Counted from the first letter of the stretch, positions 1 through 10,071 are shown. The stretch: DNA of 64,000 nt from Verrucomicrobiales bacterium (GCA_031411295.1 JANOAV010000205.1:39933-103932), one strand, 5' to 3'. Numbers and translations are program-made. Notes: generated from the letters alone by a model not told the origin.

Positions 1-1560
1 GATCAGATCAATTTAATGGGCGGATGGGACTTGGAGGCAAGGATCGTTACCGCCATGAATCAATTGGGCACGCCGCCGGGTGATCGTCTGGTGGCAGGGT
101 TGTCCGGCGGAGAGAAACGTCGCGTGGCGTTATGTCGGGCACTGGTGACTTCCCCAGATCTGCTCCTGCTGGACGAACCGACGAATCACTTGGATGCCGA
201 AAGTATTCTCTGGCTGGAGGAGTTCCTCAAATCGTTCAAGGGAGCCTGTTTCTTCGTGACGCATGATCGCTATTTCCTGGATCGCATTGCCCAGCGGATT
301 CTGGAGTTGGAGAGCGGGAAAATTTACAGTCACCCGGGGAGCTATCGTGATTTCTTGGTCTCGAAGCAGGATCGGCAAGCGGCGGATTCGGCCCGAGAAG
401 ATCGGCGGCAGAAGTTTCTGAAGAGCGAATTGGAATTCGTGCGCGCAGGTGTGAAGGCGCGACGGACTAAGAGTCGGGATCGCTTGGATAAATACTACGA
501 AGTGGCCGCGCAGGAGGGGCCCTCGCAGGAAATGGACATGGAGTTGCTCATTCCGCCACCGCCGCCGCTGGCGAACATTGTGGTGGAAGCGAAAGCGGCG
601 GGATATGCCTACGGGCCCAGGACGTTGTTTGAGAATCTAACCATCACCTTCGAGCCCGGCACCGTCACGGGCATCGTGGGGCGGAATGGGATGGGCAAGA
701 CGACGCTACTCAATGTGCTGATGGGAGTGATGGAACCGACGCAGGGGACGGTCTTGGTGGGCAAGCGCACGGTGTTCAACTATGTGGATCAGCATCGGCT
801 CACCTTGGATGACTCCAAGAGCGTCATTGAGGAGATCGGGGGCAATAGTGATTTCGTGACCTTTGGCGATCAGAAACTGCATGTGCGGACATACTTGAAG
901 CGCTTCCTGTTCACCGATGAGCGGGTGCAAATGAAGATTGACCGACTCAGCGGCGGGGAACGCTCGCGCTTATTGTTGGCGAAGATTCTGATTCGCGGCG
1001 GGAATTTCCTCGTCTTGGATGAACCCACCAACGATCTCGACTTGCCCACGCTGAACATTTTGGAGGAAGCGCTGCTGGAGTTTCCTGGAGTCGTGCTCGT
1101 GGTTAGCCACGATCGCTTTTTCCTGGATCGCGTGTGTGATCGGTTGCTGGTCTTCGAGCAAGTGGGCGAGCTGCAGCTCTGTGCCGGCAATCACAGTTAC
1201 TATCAAGAGAAACGAGCTGAACGCCTGGCAGCCCAGAAGGCAGCCGCCAGCGCGCCTGCTGCAGCCACCAAAGCTGCGGCCCCGGTGGTCGCGGCGGTGC
1301 CAACCCCTGCGAAGGAGAAAACCCGAAAACTCACTTGGAAGGAAGCGCGCGAGCTGGAAACCATGGAAGCTACGATAGCCCAGGCCGAACAAGAGTTGGC
1401 GAAATACGAATCCACTTTGGCGGATCCAGCTTTCTTTACCACCGCCGGAGCCAACGTCCAAGCCACCATCAACGCCGAAGAGAAACAACGCAAAGCCGTG
1501 CAGGCGCTCTACCAACGCTGGGAAGAATTGGAAGCCATCCGCGCGGGCTCTGAAGGTTGA
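1..1560 (+). CDS. ABC-F family ATP-binding protein (Uup/EttA-like), 5'-truncated by the window edge
   Basis: Two ABC domains (LSGGE, LLLLDEPTNHLD, GRNGMGKT, LVLDEPTNDLD), no TM segments, Uup-like C-terminal coiled coil. Frame is open from base 1. Confidence 0.9.
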   Translation, partial: DQINLMGGWDLEARIVTAMNQLGTPPGDRLVAGLSGGEKRRVALCRALVTSPDLLLLDEPTNHLDAESILWLEEFLKSFKGACFFVTHDRYFLDRIAQRILELESGKIYSHPGSYRDFLVSKQDRQAADSAREDRRQKFLKSELEFVRAGVKARRTKSRDRLDKYYEVAAQEGPSQEMDMELLIPPPPPLANIVVEAKAAGYAYGPRTLFENLTITFEPGTVTGIVGRNGMGKTTLLNVLMGVMEPTQGTVLVGKRTVFNYVDQHRLTLDDSKSVIEEIGGNSDFVTFGDQKLHVRTYLKRFLFTDERVQMKIDRLSGGERSRLLLAKILIRGGNFLVLDEPTNDLDLPTLNILEEALLEFPGVVLVVSHDRFFLDRVCDRLLVFEQVGELQLCAGNHSYYQEKRAERLAAQKAAASAPAAATKAAAPVVAAVPTPAKEKTRKLTWKEARELETMEATIAQAEQELAKYESTLADPAFFTTAGANVQATINAEEKQRKAVQALYQRWEELEAIRAGSEG

Positions 1561-1580
1561 TGCCTTGAGGCGGGGCAGCG

Positions 1581-1648
1581 AGGTGGTCCGCACAGTCCTC
1601 TGTGCGGCCCTCCCCGATGAACCGCACAGAGGACTGTGCAGACCACCT
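1581..1648. repeat. REPIN-like doublet (REP family A)
   Basis: aggtggtccgcacagtcctctgtgcgg (1581-1607) and its inverted copy (1622-1648) match at 26/27. Each arm is GTGG plus the hairpin ccgcacag-tcct-ctgtgcgg. Confidence 0.85.
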
Positions 1649-1780
1649 AAATTCACCCCTTGGCAGACCTGATGACTGCAGATGAATGCTGGTGGGTTAT
1701 CGCTTTGGGCGACTTCATCAGCTTCGTGAAAACCTTCGCCAACCCATCGGCGGGACGCCACATTTCCGACACGATCCTGA

Positions 1781-1850
1781 TTGGTAAAAGATGGTTGGTA
1801 AAAGATGAAGACTTTCCTAACCCAATTTTTTACCAAGAATCTTTTACCAA
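1781..1850. repeat. Short tandem/inverted repeat element (ttggtaaaagat x2 ... ttttaccaa x2)
   Basis: ttggtaaaagat at 1781 and 1795, mirrored by ttttaccaa (~1828) and atcttttaccaa (1839-1850). Confidence 0.65.
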
Positions 1851-1871
1851 ATTACCAATGAGGTTGGGGCT

Positions 1872-1895
1872 GATGGGCGGGACGCCCATGCCACT
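1872..1895 (-). repeat. Single REP-like hairpin (GTGG type)
   Basis: Minus strand reads agtggcatgggcgtcccgcccatc, just after the nuoN stop. A related fragment lies at ~1746-1766. Confidence 0.6.
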
Positions 1896-1907
1896 GAGGT
1901 GGTGCCG

Positions 1908-3350
1908 CTACTTGAGCAGCGACATAATCACTTGGGGGCAAACGCCAAAGACAATCGCGGCTACCATCAGGGCTACGATGGTGGCCTTTGTCAGTGGTTC
2001 CAAGGTGATGGGGGTGGTATCGGTGGTGACATTCCAATACATGCTGCGGATGATTTTGAAATAGTAGTAGAAGCCAGCCACGGCTCCGATCACTGCGATC
2101 ACGACGGGCCAGGTATGGCCGGAATCGACTGCGAGGGTGAAGACGAAGAATTTACCGAGGAAGCCAGCCGTCAGCGGCACGCCGGCCAAGCTGATGGCGC
2201 TAATGAGCATGGCAAAAGCGAGGAAGGGACTGCGTTGGGAAAGGCCGTCAAAGGCGCTGAGGTCGTCACTGCCTTTGACCCGTGCGATCACGCCCAGCAC
2301 CGCAAAGGCCAGCAGCGTCATGATGAGATAGGTCGCCAAATAGAAGGAAACGACTTGGATCGGGGAGAGTTGAGAATTGTGGGGCAGACTGCCGAGCGCC
2401 AATAGGAGGAAGCCCGCATGGGAAATACTGGAGTAGGCCAGCAGACGCTTAAAGTTCGTCTGCGGAATGGCCGCCATATTACCAACCAGCAACGTGGCAC
2501 CAGCGATGGCCACCAGGAGGCTGACCGTGGTGTGCTGCAAGTTTGCCGATGCCAGAAATGGCTCCAGGAGTCGGTAGCCGATGATGAATCCAGCGGATTT
2601 GGACCCGACGGACAGATAAGCTGTCACGGGGGAAGCGGCCCCTTGATACACATCAGGCACCCAGAATTGGAAGGGGACGGCGGCCACTTTAAAGGAAAGG
2701 CCCACGAGAATCAGCGACAACGCAAACAAGGCGGCGGTCTTGTGTTCGGTAACTTGGAGGGCTTCCTTGATGGCGACCAGATTGGTTTGCCCGGTGACAC
2801 CGAAGAGCCAGGCGATGCCGTAGATCAGGAATCCGGTGCTCAGCGCGCCCAGCACCAGATACTTCGTGCCGGCCTCGAGGGAAAGCTTGTTTTTCCGTTG
2901 GTAGGCCACCATGACATAGAAGGCGATGGTGATGAGTTCCAAGGAGACAAAGATGCTGGTCAGGTCCTTGGCGGAGGCCATCCACATCATGCCAGTGCAG
3001 ATGAAGACCGGCAGCGCGAAGAACTCGCCAATCGCTGGACCACCACCGGCACGAGCCACGAAGCGTTCCAGCACGGGGGCGTAGTCCAAACTCAAAATGA
3101 GCACAATAATCGTCGTCAACAGGGCGATCCCTTTGTAGAACAAGGCGAGCGAATCGGCGGTGTAAAACGACCAGAAAGGCGTGGTGCCTTCGCAATTACA
3201 AACGAACGGCAACAGGCCAAAGGTAATCGTCAGGCCGACGATAGCCGCGTAACCGATGAGGCGTTTTTTGGTGGGGCCGATGAAGGCTTCAGCCAGGAGC
3301 AGGAGCAAACCCAGCGACAAAGTAACAATTTCCAAGACGTAAGCAGGCAT
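1908..3350 (-). CDS. nuoN: NADH-quinone oxidoreductase subunit N
   Basis: Polytopic membrane protein with EAGTKY, FKVAAVPFQFWVPDVYQGA, KRLLAYSSISHAG, GVPLTAGFLGKF. Confidence 0.95.
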   Translation of the reverse strand: MPAYVLEIVTLSLGLLLLLAEAFIGPTKKRLIGYAAIVGLTITFGLLPFVCNCEGTTPFWSFYTADSLALFYKGIALLTTIIVLILSLDYAPVLERFVARAGGGPAIGEFFALPVFICTGMMWMASAKDLTSIFVSLELITIAFYVMVAYQRKNKLSLEAGTKYLVLGALSTGFLIYGIAWLFGVTGQTNLVAIKEALQVTEHKTAALFALSLILVGLSFKVAAVPFQFWVPDVYQGAASPVTAYLSVGSKSAGFIIGYRLLEPFLASANLQHTTVSLLVAIAGATLLVGNMAAIPQTNFKRLLAYSSISHAGFLLLALGSLPHNSQLSPIQVVSFYLATYLIMTLLAFAVLGVIARVKGSDDLSAFDGLSQRSPFLAFAMLISAISLAGVPLTAGFLGKFFVFTLAVDSGHTWPVVIAVIGAVAGFYYYFKIIRSMYWNVTTDTTPITLEPLTKATIVALMVAAIVFGVCPQVIMSLLK

Positions 3351-3362
3351 TCGTGGCGTCGG

Positions 3363-4841
3363 TTAGTGGCTGGCGAAAAGGTGGAGCACTGGTTTGACCA
3401 GATTGAGGAGCAGGTTCGGGTAGAAACCCACCACGAGGAGGGCGGCCACGAGGAGGAAGAGCGGAAATTTCTGACTTAGCGTGAGCGGGGCGGGATCTGC
3501 TGCGGGAAGTTCCCCAGGCGGCCCGAGGAAGACTTTGCGATACGCCCGCAGCATATAGACCGCAGAAATCACGACTCCCCACAGGGCGAAAATCGTGGTC
3601 AGTTGCACGGGACCAATGAGGCCATGCGAATCTTGGAAGCCGCTGAAGAAGACCATGACTTCGGCTGCGAAATTGGCGAAGCCGGGCAGGCCCAAGGAAG
3701 CCATGGCGGCCATGCCGAAGAGCAGTCCCAGCAGCGGAGCGCGCTTGGCCAGTCCCCCGAGCCGACTCATTTCGACGCTGCCAGTGAGGCGGCGGACATC
3801 GCCCGACAGTGCGAACAGCAGCGCAATGGAGACCCCGTGGGCGAACATCAGCAGCACCGCTCCAGCATAGCCGATCTCATTACCAGCGGCCAACCCGAGG
3901 AAAACATACCCCATATGCATCACGCTGGAGTGGCCGAGGACTTGGTCCAGACTCTTTTGAGAAATGGTGACGAGACCAATCAGGATAATGTTTCCGAGCA
4001 GGAGCCAGAGCATGATGTTCTGACAGGCACTGGCACCCAGTGGCAGCAGGGGAATGGCGATCCGCAGGAGGCCGTAGAGACCGAATTTCTTGAGCACACC
4101 CGCATGCAACATGGCGATTGGCGTGGGGGCGGCGGCGTAAGCGGGGGCGGCCCAGGAATGGAAAGGAAAGAGGGAAATCAAGACGCCGAAACCGATGAAG
4201 AGTGTCAGGAAAATGGATTTCTGGGTGGCTGCATCCAAGAGCAGTGCGCCAGCCTTGAGGCTGGCCACGTCGAAGGTCAGCGCTCCGGCGGGGCTGGCTT
4301 TGAGGACCAGCCAGACTAGTCCGGCCAAGAGGATAAGACTGCCGAGGCCAAGATAAATGGTGATTTTCCAAGCCGCATGAAGTCTGATTTCCCGGCCCCC
4401 GTGGCCGTAGAGACCGATCATCAGGAAGGTGGGGATGAGCGCCAACTCATGAAAGGCGTAAATGAAGAAGAGGTCCGTCGTCACAAACGCTCCCATGGCT
4501 CCGGCGGAAATCAGGAGACAAGAAATGAACCACAATTTTGCACTCACGGAATCTGGAGCCTTGATCCAGACGGCACAAAAGGTAACCAGAGCCGAGAGGA
4601 GCACCAGAATCAGACTCAGGCCGTCCAAGCCCACCGCATAGGCAATGCGAGGGGAATCCAGCACCAGGCGGCTGGCGGTATATTGGAAATCGCTGCCGCC
4701 CTTAAATCCCACCCACAATGCGATGACGATCGCCAAATTAGCTGCCGCGGCAGCAATGGCCGTGACGCGTGCAGGAGCCCCGAAAGCGATGCCGAGGGCG
4801 GCCAGAATTGGTAAAAAGATCAATAAATCGAGCGGACTCAA
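3363..4841 (-). CDS. nuoM: NADH-quinone oxidoreductase subunit M
   Basis: GLDGLS, FHELALIP, FPFHSW, HAGVLKKFG, SSVMHMG, GLPGFANF; directly upstream of nuoN. The TTG start at 4841 is an estimate. Confidence 0.92.
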   Translation of the reverse strand: MSPLDLLIFLPILAALGIAFGAPARVTAIAAAAANLAIVIALWVGFKGGSDFQYTASRLVLDSPRIAYAVGLDGLSLILVLLSALVTFCAVWIKAPDSVSAKLWFISCLLISAGAMGAFVTTDLFFIYAFHELALIPTFLMIGLYGHGGREIRLHAAWKITIYLGLGSLILLAGLVWLVLKASPAGALTFDVASLKAGALLLDAATQKSIFLTLFIGFGVLISLFPFHSWAAPAYAAAPTPIAMLHAGVLKKFGLYGLLRIAIPLLPLGASACQNIMLWLLLGNIILIGLVTISQKSLDQVLGHSSVMHMGYVFLGLAAGNEIGYAGAVLLMFAHGVSIALLFALSGDVRRLTGSVEMSRLGGLAKRAPLLGLLFGMAAMASLGLPGFANFAAEVMVFFSGFQDSHGLIGPVQLTTIFALWGVVISAVYMLRAYRKVFLGPPGELPAADPAPLTLSQKFPLFLLVAALLVVGFYPNLLLNLVKPVLHLFASH

Positions 4842-4953
4842 GGGAAATGGCGGGTCAGTGGTGGACAGTTCCAGGTAAATTTCACTGGGCAAAACGCACC
4901 AGTTTAAAGAACTCGAACTATTGAAGCGGGCTGAAATTTCCGGCAAGCCCTAT

Positions 4954-4971
4954 TTGTGAAAAATTTCACAA
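4954..4971. promoter_or_regulatory. Palindromic operator TTGTGAA-N4-TTCACAA (Rex-type; also fits CRP-family TGTGA-N6-TCACA) upstream of nuoM
   Basis: Perfect 7-bp inverted arms. In gene orientation it is identical to the site upstream of nuoG. Confidence 0.8.
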
Positions 4972-5004
4972 GCTCCGGCAGAATTTGCGCTAAGAGATGC
5001 TCAA

Positions 5005-5667
5005 TCAGGGATTGAGCCGGGCCGCGCGTTCCAGAGGATCAAGCGCAGAGGGTGGTTCGATTAGAGAAATATTATCCAGAGTCGCGTGGCTGGGCGGGTC
5101 GGATGGAGGGGCTACCGGAAGGCTGGGGAAGGAATCCGGTTGGGCTGCGGGGGGCGGTTCGGCTTTAGCCTCGCGTAAACGCAGGAGTTCAATTTCCCGT
5201 TGGTCTTGGGTTGCCCACCACGGACGCCATTTATGGCGCTTCATGTAATAATAGGTGGAAAGCAGGAAGCCTAGCATCAGAAGCGTGGCCAAGCGTTTAG
5301 TCCAACGCACCCACGTTGAGTCCAGGAACTTGTCACAAGCCCGGTTGAGGGAATTCTTGCGCCGAATGCGGCGGAGTTCGGCCTTGCGGGATTCATTGGG
5401 TTCCAACTTGATCGTGCCTGGCGGAACCACGTGCTTGGCAACGAAGGGCGCTGGTTTCTGCGGTTGCGGTGCCGCAGAGAAGGGGGGATAGGCCACACTT
5501 ACAGAGGGGCCGAAGTTGGTTGCGTCTGGCGGCGGGGCCATCACTCTATTCCCGCAGCATGGACAGGGACCGGACTGTCCGATGGTAGAAAAAGGCACCC
5601 CTAGCACGGTGTGGCAGTGCGGGCAGGCAAAATGATAAAGTTCTGTAGGTGAGACGGGAGCGGTCAT
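5005..5667 (-). CDS. Hypothetical membrane-anchored protein with N-terminal zinc ribbon
   Basis: CPHC...CPCC, Pro-rich linker, one hydrophobic helix (LATLLMLGFLLSTYYY). Confidence 0.7.
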   Translation of the reverse strand: MTAPVSPTELYHFACPHCHTVLGVPFSTIGQSGPCPCCGNRVMAPPPDATNFGPSVSVAYPPFSAAPQPQKPAPFVAKHVVPPGTIKLEPNESRKAELRRIRRKNSLNRACDKFLDSTWVRWTKRLATLLMLGFLLSTYYYMKRHKWRPWWATQDQREIELLRLREAKAEPPPAAQPDSFPSLPVAPPSDPPSHATLDNISLIEPPSALDPLERAARLNP

Positions 5668-5918
5668 GGTTCGACTCGGTTGCCCTATCATAATCCTAGG
5701 CGAATATTTTGACCAGTGAAATATTAGCTTTTGCTTAATTTTTTCGTAACAACACAGCCAAAAGCTGATTTTGGCTGGAATTGGTTCACGCAGCGTCCGG
5801 TGCCGCCAATCCCGAAATTATCGAGACTATCCGCAGTGTGGGCTATCCCTATCGGGGGTAAGCAAAGATTTATTTCACGCTTGCTTACTTTGTGCTAAAG
5901 GGATGGTTCCTCCTTACT

Positions 5919-8414
5919 ATGACCGCAACGGCTTCCCCCGCAGTGAACCCGTCCCTGAACGGACTGCTCCCGCTCCAAGATTATCGTCCTCTTCCTGGCA
6001 CCTTCGATGAAATGATGGCACCAGATGGATCCGTGCGGCCTCACTGGGAGAAGTTGGTAGCCGCCTTGCAGCAAGTGGGCCCGACGGAAATGAAGGCGCG
6101 GGGAGACTCGGTGCAGCGCCTGCTGGGCGATCATGGAGTGACCTATAACATTTACAACGACGGGGCGGCCACCCACCGCCCGTGGGCCTTGGATTTGGTG
6201 CCGTTTGTCGTTTCTGCGCAGGAAATGCAGACCGTGAGTGAAGGGCTCAAGCAACGGTCGTTGCTCTTGCATCTGATTATGACCGATCTCTACGGTCCGC
6301 AGCGGTTGGTCAAGGAGGGGTGGATTCCGCCGGCCTTACTGCATGCCAATCCCGGCTTCCTGCGGGTGGTGCACGGGATCACGCCACCGGGAGGACGGTT
6401 CGTTTCCACCATGGGCACCGACTTGGTGCGGGGTGCCGATGGCGCTTGGCGGGTGTTGATTGATCGGACGCAGGCCCCTTCCGGCAAGGGCTACACGTTG
6501 GAAAACCGCATCCTCCTCTCAACGGTTTTTCCCCAGGAGTTCAAAACGTGCTCCGTGCAGCGCCTGGCGGCGTTCTACGATCGGGAGCGGGAAAGCCTTC
6601 GGTCCATGGCTCCGGCCGGTCAGCGGCAGCCAACGATTGTCCTCCTCACGCCGGGACCGTTGAATGAAACGTATTTTGAACATGCCTTCAAAGCCCGCTA
6701 TTTGGGGTTTCCGTTAGTCGAAGGCAATGACCTGACCGTCCGCGGCCAGCATTTGCATCTCAAAACGCTGGAAGGACTGCGGCGGGTGGACGTGGTGGTG
6801 CGGCGGGTGGATGATCTCTTCTGTGATCCATTGGAGTTGCGCTCGGATACCTTCCTCGGCGTGCCTGGCTTGATGGAAGCATGGCGTGCGGGTAATGTTA
6901 GCATTGTCAATGGCCTGGGGGCCGGACTGGTGGAAACGCCCGCGCTGCATCCCTTCCTGCCGGGGCTTTGTAAACACTTGCTCCAGCAGCAACTCAAGCT
7001 CCCTTGCCTGCCCACGTGGTGGTGCGGTCAACCTCAGCAGTTGAAAATGCTGGCTGCCGATCCTTCCCGCTGGGTCGTCAAACAAGCCTTCGCTTACGGT
7101 CAGCGCACCCCCATTTTCCTTGATCAACTCACCGCCGCGGCCCAGCGCCAAGTCTTGCTCCAAATCGAACGGGAGCCGCACGCTTGGGTGGCGCAGGAAA
7201 GACTCCAACTCTCCACGGCCCCCACGTGGGTGGAGGGGAAATTGGTGCCTCGCTCGCTGGTCTGGCGGGCCTTTACCCTGGCCGATGAAAGTGGTTGCAC
7301 CGTGATGCCCGGCGGGTTGACGCGGGTTGCACCCAGCCAGGAAGGCTGGTCCGTCACCATGCAGAGTGGTGGTATCAGCAAAGATACGTGGGTGATTACG
7401 GATGGACCGGTGGACTCATTCAGCTTGCTTAATGAGCAGGTCACCGTGATCCGCCCCGCCCGCCCGCCCAGCGGCGTGCCGAGTCGCGTGGCGGATCATT
7501 TGTTCTGGTTAGGGCGGTATGCCGAGCGCCTGGAACAAACCGTGCGCGTGCTCCGAACCATCCTCTTGCGCATGACAGGCGAAGGCTCCCAGCAGCAAAC
7601 CAGCGAACTGCAAGCCTGCACCCAACTGCTGCAGGGAATCAAACTCATCAAGCCGTCCGCCACGCTCGCCACCGAGCTTCCGGCCCTCTTGACTGACCCC
7701 AAGCGGGAAGGTAGTCTGCCGGAGTTATTGGGCCGGCTACGTTTCAATGCAAGTTCCGCCAGAGACCGGCTTTCCGATGATACTTGGCGGCTATTTAACC
7801 GCCTAGCCGCCGATCTGACCCGCCCGCAGACGAGTCTGGCGGTCTCCAAATCCCTCGAACTCCTGGACACGCTGATCCTTGATTTGGCAGCCTTCAGCGG
7901 CATGATGCTGGAGAACATGACGCGTGGTCATGGGTGGCGGTTTCTGGAAATTGGCCGTCGCTTGGAACGGTCCCTTACCTTGTTATCGCTCCTGAAATCC
8001 AGTATTGGCATCTCCGCCCACAACGATGCCATCCTCACCCCACTGTTGGAAATTTGCGACAGTAGCATGACCTACCGCCGACTGCACTTCGCCCGACCCA
8101 CCTTGGTGCCCACGGTCGATTTGCTGCTGCTCAATCCGATCAATCCCCGCTCCGTCGTGTGGCAACTTCACGCCCTGGCCCGTCAGGCCAATGAGTTGCC
8201 GGTGGATCAGCGCTCCGCCCTCGCTGGCAGTGAGAAGGCCATGACGGATCGACTGCTCTCCGAGCTGGCCAGTCTGAATCTGAACTCCGCCTCGGAACCC
8301 TGGGCCCAGCACGCATTGCCGGATTGGTGCCAGCAGCGCTTGGATGATGTGGAAGAACTTTCGGGTGGTCTCACGGAACATTATTTCAGCCATGCCAAGC
8401 GATTGGAACACTAG
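5919..8414 (+). CDS. Circularly permuted type 2 ATP-grasp protein fused to alpha-E domain
   Basis: FDEM...VRPHW, DRTQAPSG.GY.LENR, LLTPGPLNETYFEH, RRVDD.FCDPLEL, GGLTRV, GGISKDTWV, then alpha-E motifs LFWLGRYAER and GWRFLEIGRRLER. Confidence 0.92.
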   Translation: MTATASPAVNPSLNGLLPLQDYRPLPGTFDEMMAPDGSVRPHWEKLVAALQQVGPTEMKARGDSVQRLLGDHGVTYNIYNDGAATHRPWALDLVPFVVSAQEMQTVSEGLKQRSLLLHLIMTDLYGPQRLVKEGWIPPALLHANPGFLRVVHGITPPGGRFVSTMGTDLVRGADGAWRVLIDRTQAPSGKGYTLENRILLSTVFPQEFKTCSVQRLAAFYDRERESLRSMAPAGQRQPTIVLLTPGPLNETYFEHAFKARYLGFPLVEGNDLTVRGQHLHLKTLEGLRRVDVVVRRVDDLFCDPLELRSDTFLGVPGLMEAWRAGNVSIVNGLGAGLVETPALHPFLPGLCKHLLQQQLKLPCLPTWWCGQPQQLKMLAADPSRWVVKQAFAYGQRTPIFLDQLTAAAQRQVLLQIEREPHAWVAQERLQLSTAPTWVEGKLVPRSLVWRAFTLADESGCTVMPGGLTRVAPSQEGWSVTMQSGGISKDTWVITDGPVDSFSLLNEQVTVIRPARPPSGVPSRVADHLFWLGRYAERLEQTVRVLRTILLRMTGEGSQQQTSELQACTQLLQGIKLIKPSATLATELPALLTDPKREGSLPELLGRLRFNASSARDRLSDDTWRLFNRLAADLTRPQTSLAVSKSLELLDTLILDLAAFSGMMLENMTRGHGWRFLEIGRRLERSLTLLSLLKSSIGISAHNDAILTPLLEICDSSMTYRRLHFARPTLVPTVDLLLLNPINPRSVVWQLHALARQANELPVDQRSALAGSEKAMTDRLLSELASLNLNSASEPWAQHALPDWCQQRLDDVEELSGGLTEHYFSHAKRLEH

Positions 8415-8425
8415 CGCGCGCCCTT

Positions 8426-9307
8426 ATGAAATACAAAATTGTCCATCGCACCACCTCCACTTACGAGAGCCCCGTTACGGTCTGTCATTACTTGGCGCGC
8501 CTGGCACCACGGGCCCTCGCCACGCAGACTTGTCCGTGGCACGAGTTGACGATCACGCCCAATCCCGGTCAGCGACGGGTGCGCTTCGATTATTTTGGGA
8601 ACCATACTGTGACCTTTGAGTTGGACGCCTCACATCAGCAGTTGGAGGTAGTCTCGCGCAGTCTGGTGGAAGTCTTTCCCATCGTCCATCCCGATCCCAA
8701 AACGACCCCTCCTTGGGAAACGATTCGGGACCTCTGTCGCGCGGACCGCTATTCCCCAGCGACCGCCGCCGGTGAATTTTGCTACGCTTCCCCATTGATC
8801 GTTACAGATGAACGCTATGCCGAATATGCCGCCCCTTCCTTTCCACCGCAGCGGCCCTTGTTGGAAGGGGTCTGCGATTTGAATCATCGTATTAATAAGG
8901 ATTTTGCATTCGATCCCACCGCCACCGATGCCGCCACTCCAGTGGCGGAAGCCTTCAAGAAACGTCGGGGAGTCTGTCAGGATTTTGCCCAGGTGATGAT
9001 TGCTTGTCTGCGCTCACTGGGCCTGCCCGCGCGCTATGTCAGCGGCTATCTGGAAACCCTGCCGCCGCCCGGCCGGGCTAAACTCGTGGGCGCAGATGCC
9101 TCCCACGCCTGGGTGTCTGTGTGGTGCGGAGAGACGCTGGGGTGGATCGATGCGGACCCAACCAATGACATGCTCTCCTGCTCCCGTCACCTCACCATCG
9201 CCTGGGGACGTGATTTCAGCGATGTGAGCCCCTTGCGCGGCGTGACTCTGGGGGCGGGGAAACAGCATCTCACCGTTGCGGTGGATGTGCTCCCGGTGGA
9301 CGAGTAG
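8426..9307 (+). CDS. Transglutaminase-like protein with Bact_transglu_N domain
   Basis: GVCQDFA (Cys), ARYVSGY, SHAW (His), DPTN (Asp), GRDFSDV. Confidence 0.92.
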   Translation: MKYKIVHRTTSTYESPVTVCHYLARLAPRALATQTCPWHELTITPNPGQRRVRFDYFGNHTVTFELDASHQQLEVVSRSLVEVFPIVHPDPKTTPPWETIRDLCRADRYSPATAAGEFCYASPLIVTDERYAEYAAPSFPPQRPLLEGVCDLNHRINKDFAFDPTATDAATPVAEAFKKRRGVCQDFAQVMIACLRSLGLPARYVSGYLETLPPPGRAKLVGADASHAWVSVWCGETLGWIDADPTNDMLSCSRHLTIAWGRDFSDVSPLRGVTLGAGKQHLTVAVDVLPVDE

Positions 9308-9321
9308 CAGAAACTTCATCC

Positions 9322-10008
9322 ATGACTCCGTTCACGATTCTTGCTACGGCCCGCACTCCCGACGGAGCCACCCTAACGCTGCACGAGCGCCCGCCCCATT
9401 TCTACCTGCGCGTGAACGGCCAACCGTTGATGGCGACCAATGCCTCCATTTCAGAAATCGTGCTAGCTGAAGTCTCCTGCGCCAAGCTCGCCAGCGTGAA
9501 AGCTCCCCGCGTGCTGATTGGCGGACTGGGTTTTGGTTACAGCTTGCGTAGAGTCCTGGAACTAGTTGGGGCCGGGGCGACCGTGGAAGTGGCGGAACTC
9601 CTGCCGGAAGTGGTGGCTTGGAATCAGCAATTCCTCGGAGCCGTGAATGGCGAGTTACTCAGCGATCCGCGCGTCCGAGTGAAGGTGCAGGATGTCTTTC
9701 AAACCATCTCCCAAGCCCCTCCCGGCTCCTATGATGCTATTTTATTGGATGTCGATAACGGCCCCATCGCCATGGTGCAGGACGGAAATAGTCGGCTCTA
9801 TCAAACGCAGGGTTTCGCAGCGATCACCCGGGCGTTGCAGCCCCGGGGACGCGTCGCCTTCTGGTCCGCCAGTCCCGATCCCGCCTTCGCCAAGCGTCTG
9901 GCGCAAGCTGGTTTCCAAGTAAGCACCACCGCCGCCAAAGCCCACGCCCACGCCCGCCGCAGCGATCATATCATTTACGTGGCGGACCGCCACGCTTCGG
10001 CCCCGTGA
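9322..10008 (+). CDS. Spermidine synthase-like SAM-dependent methyltransferase
   Basis: VLIGGLGFG SAM-binding motif, AELLPEV, YDAILLDVDNGP. Confidence 0.8.
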   Translation: MTPFTILATARTPDGATLTLHERPPHFYLRVNGQPLMATNASISEIVLAEVSCAKLASVKAPRVLIGGLGFGYSLRRVLELVGAGATVEVAELLPEVVAWNQQFLGAVNGELLSDPRVRVKVQDVFQTISQAPPGSYDAILLDVDNGPIAMVQDGNSRLYQTQGFAAITRALQPRGRVAFWSASPDPAFAKRLAQAGFQVSTTAAKAHAHARRSDHIIYVADRHASAP

Positions 10009-10071
10009 TCGTCTCAGGCTGGGCTTGGCGGTGGCGGGGTTGGTGAGGGCGGAAATGGCGACAGCCCGAGT

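Noticed and set aside
970..3479. Long antisense or alternative-frame ORFs (970-1836, 1660-2064, 2418-3479; also 24513-25478, 28733-29689, 46183-47124)
   Set aside because: They are shadow ORFs of well-supported genes in a GC-rich genome, with no recognisable motifs.
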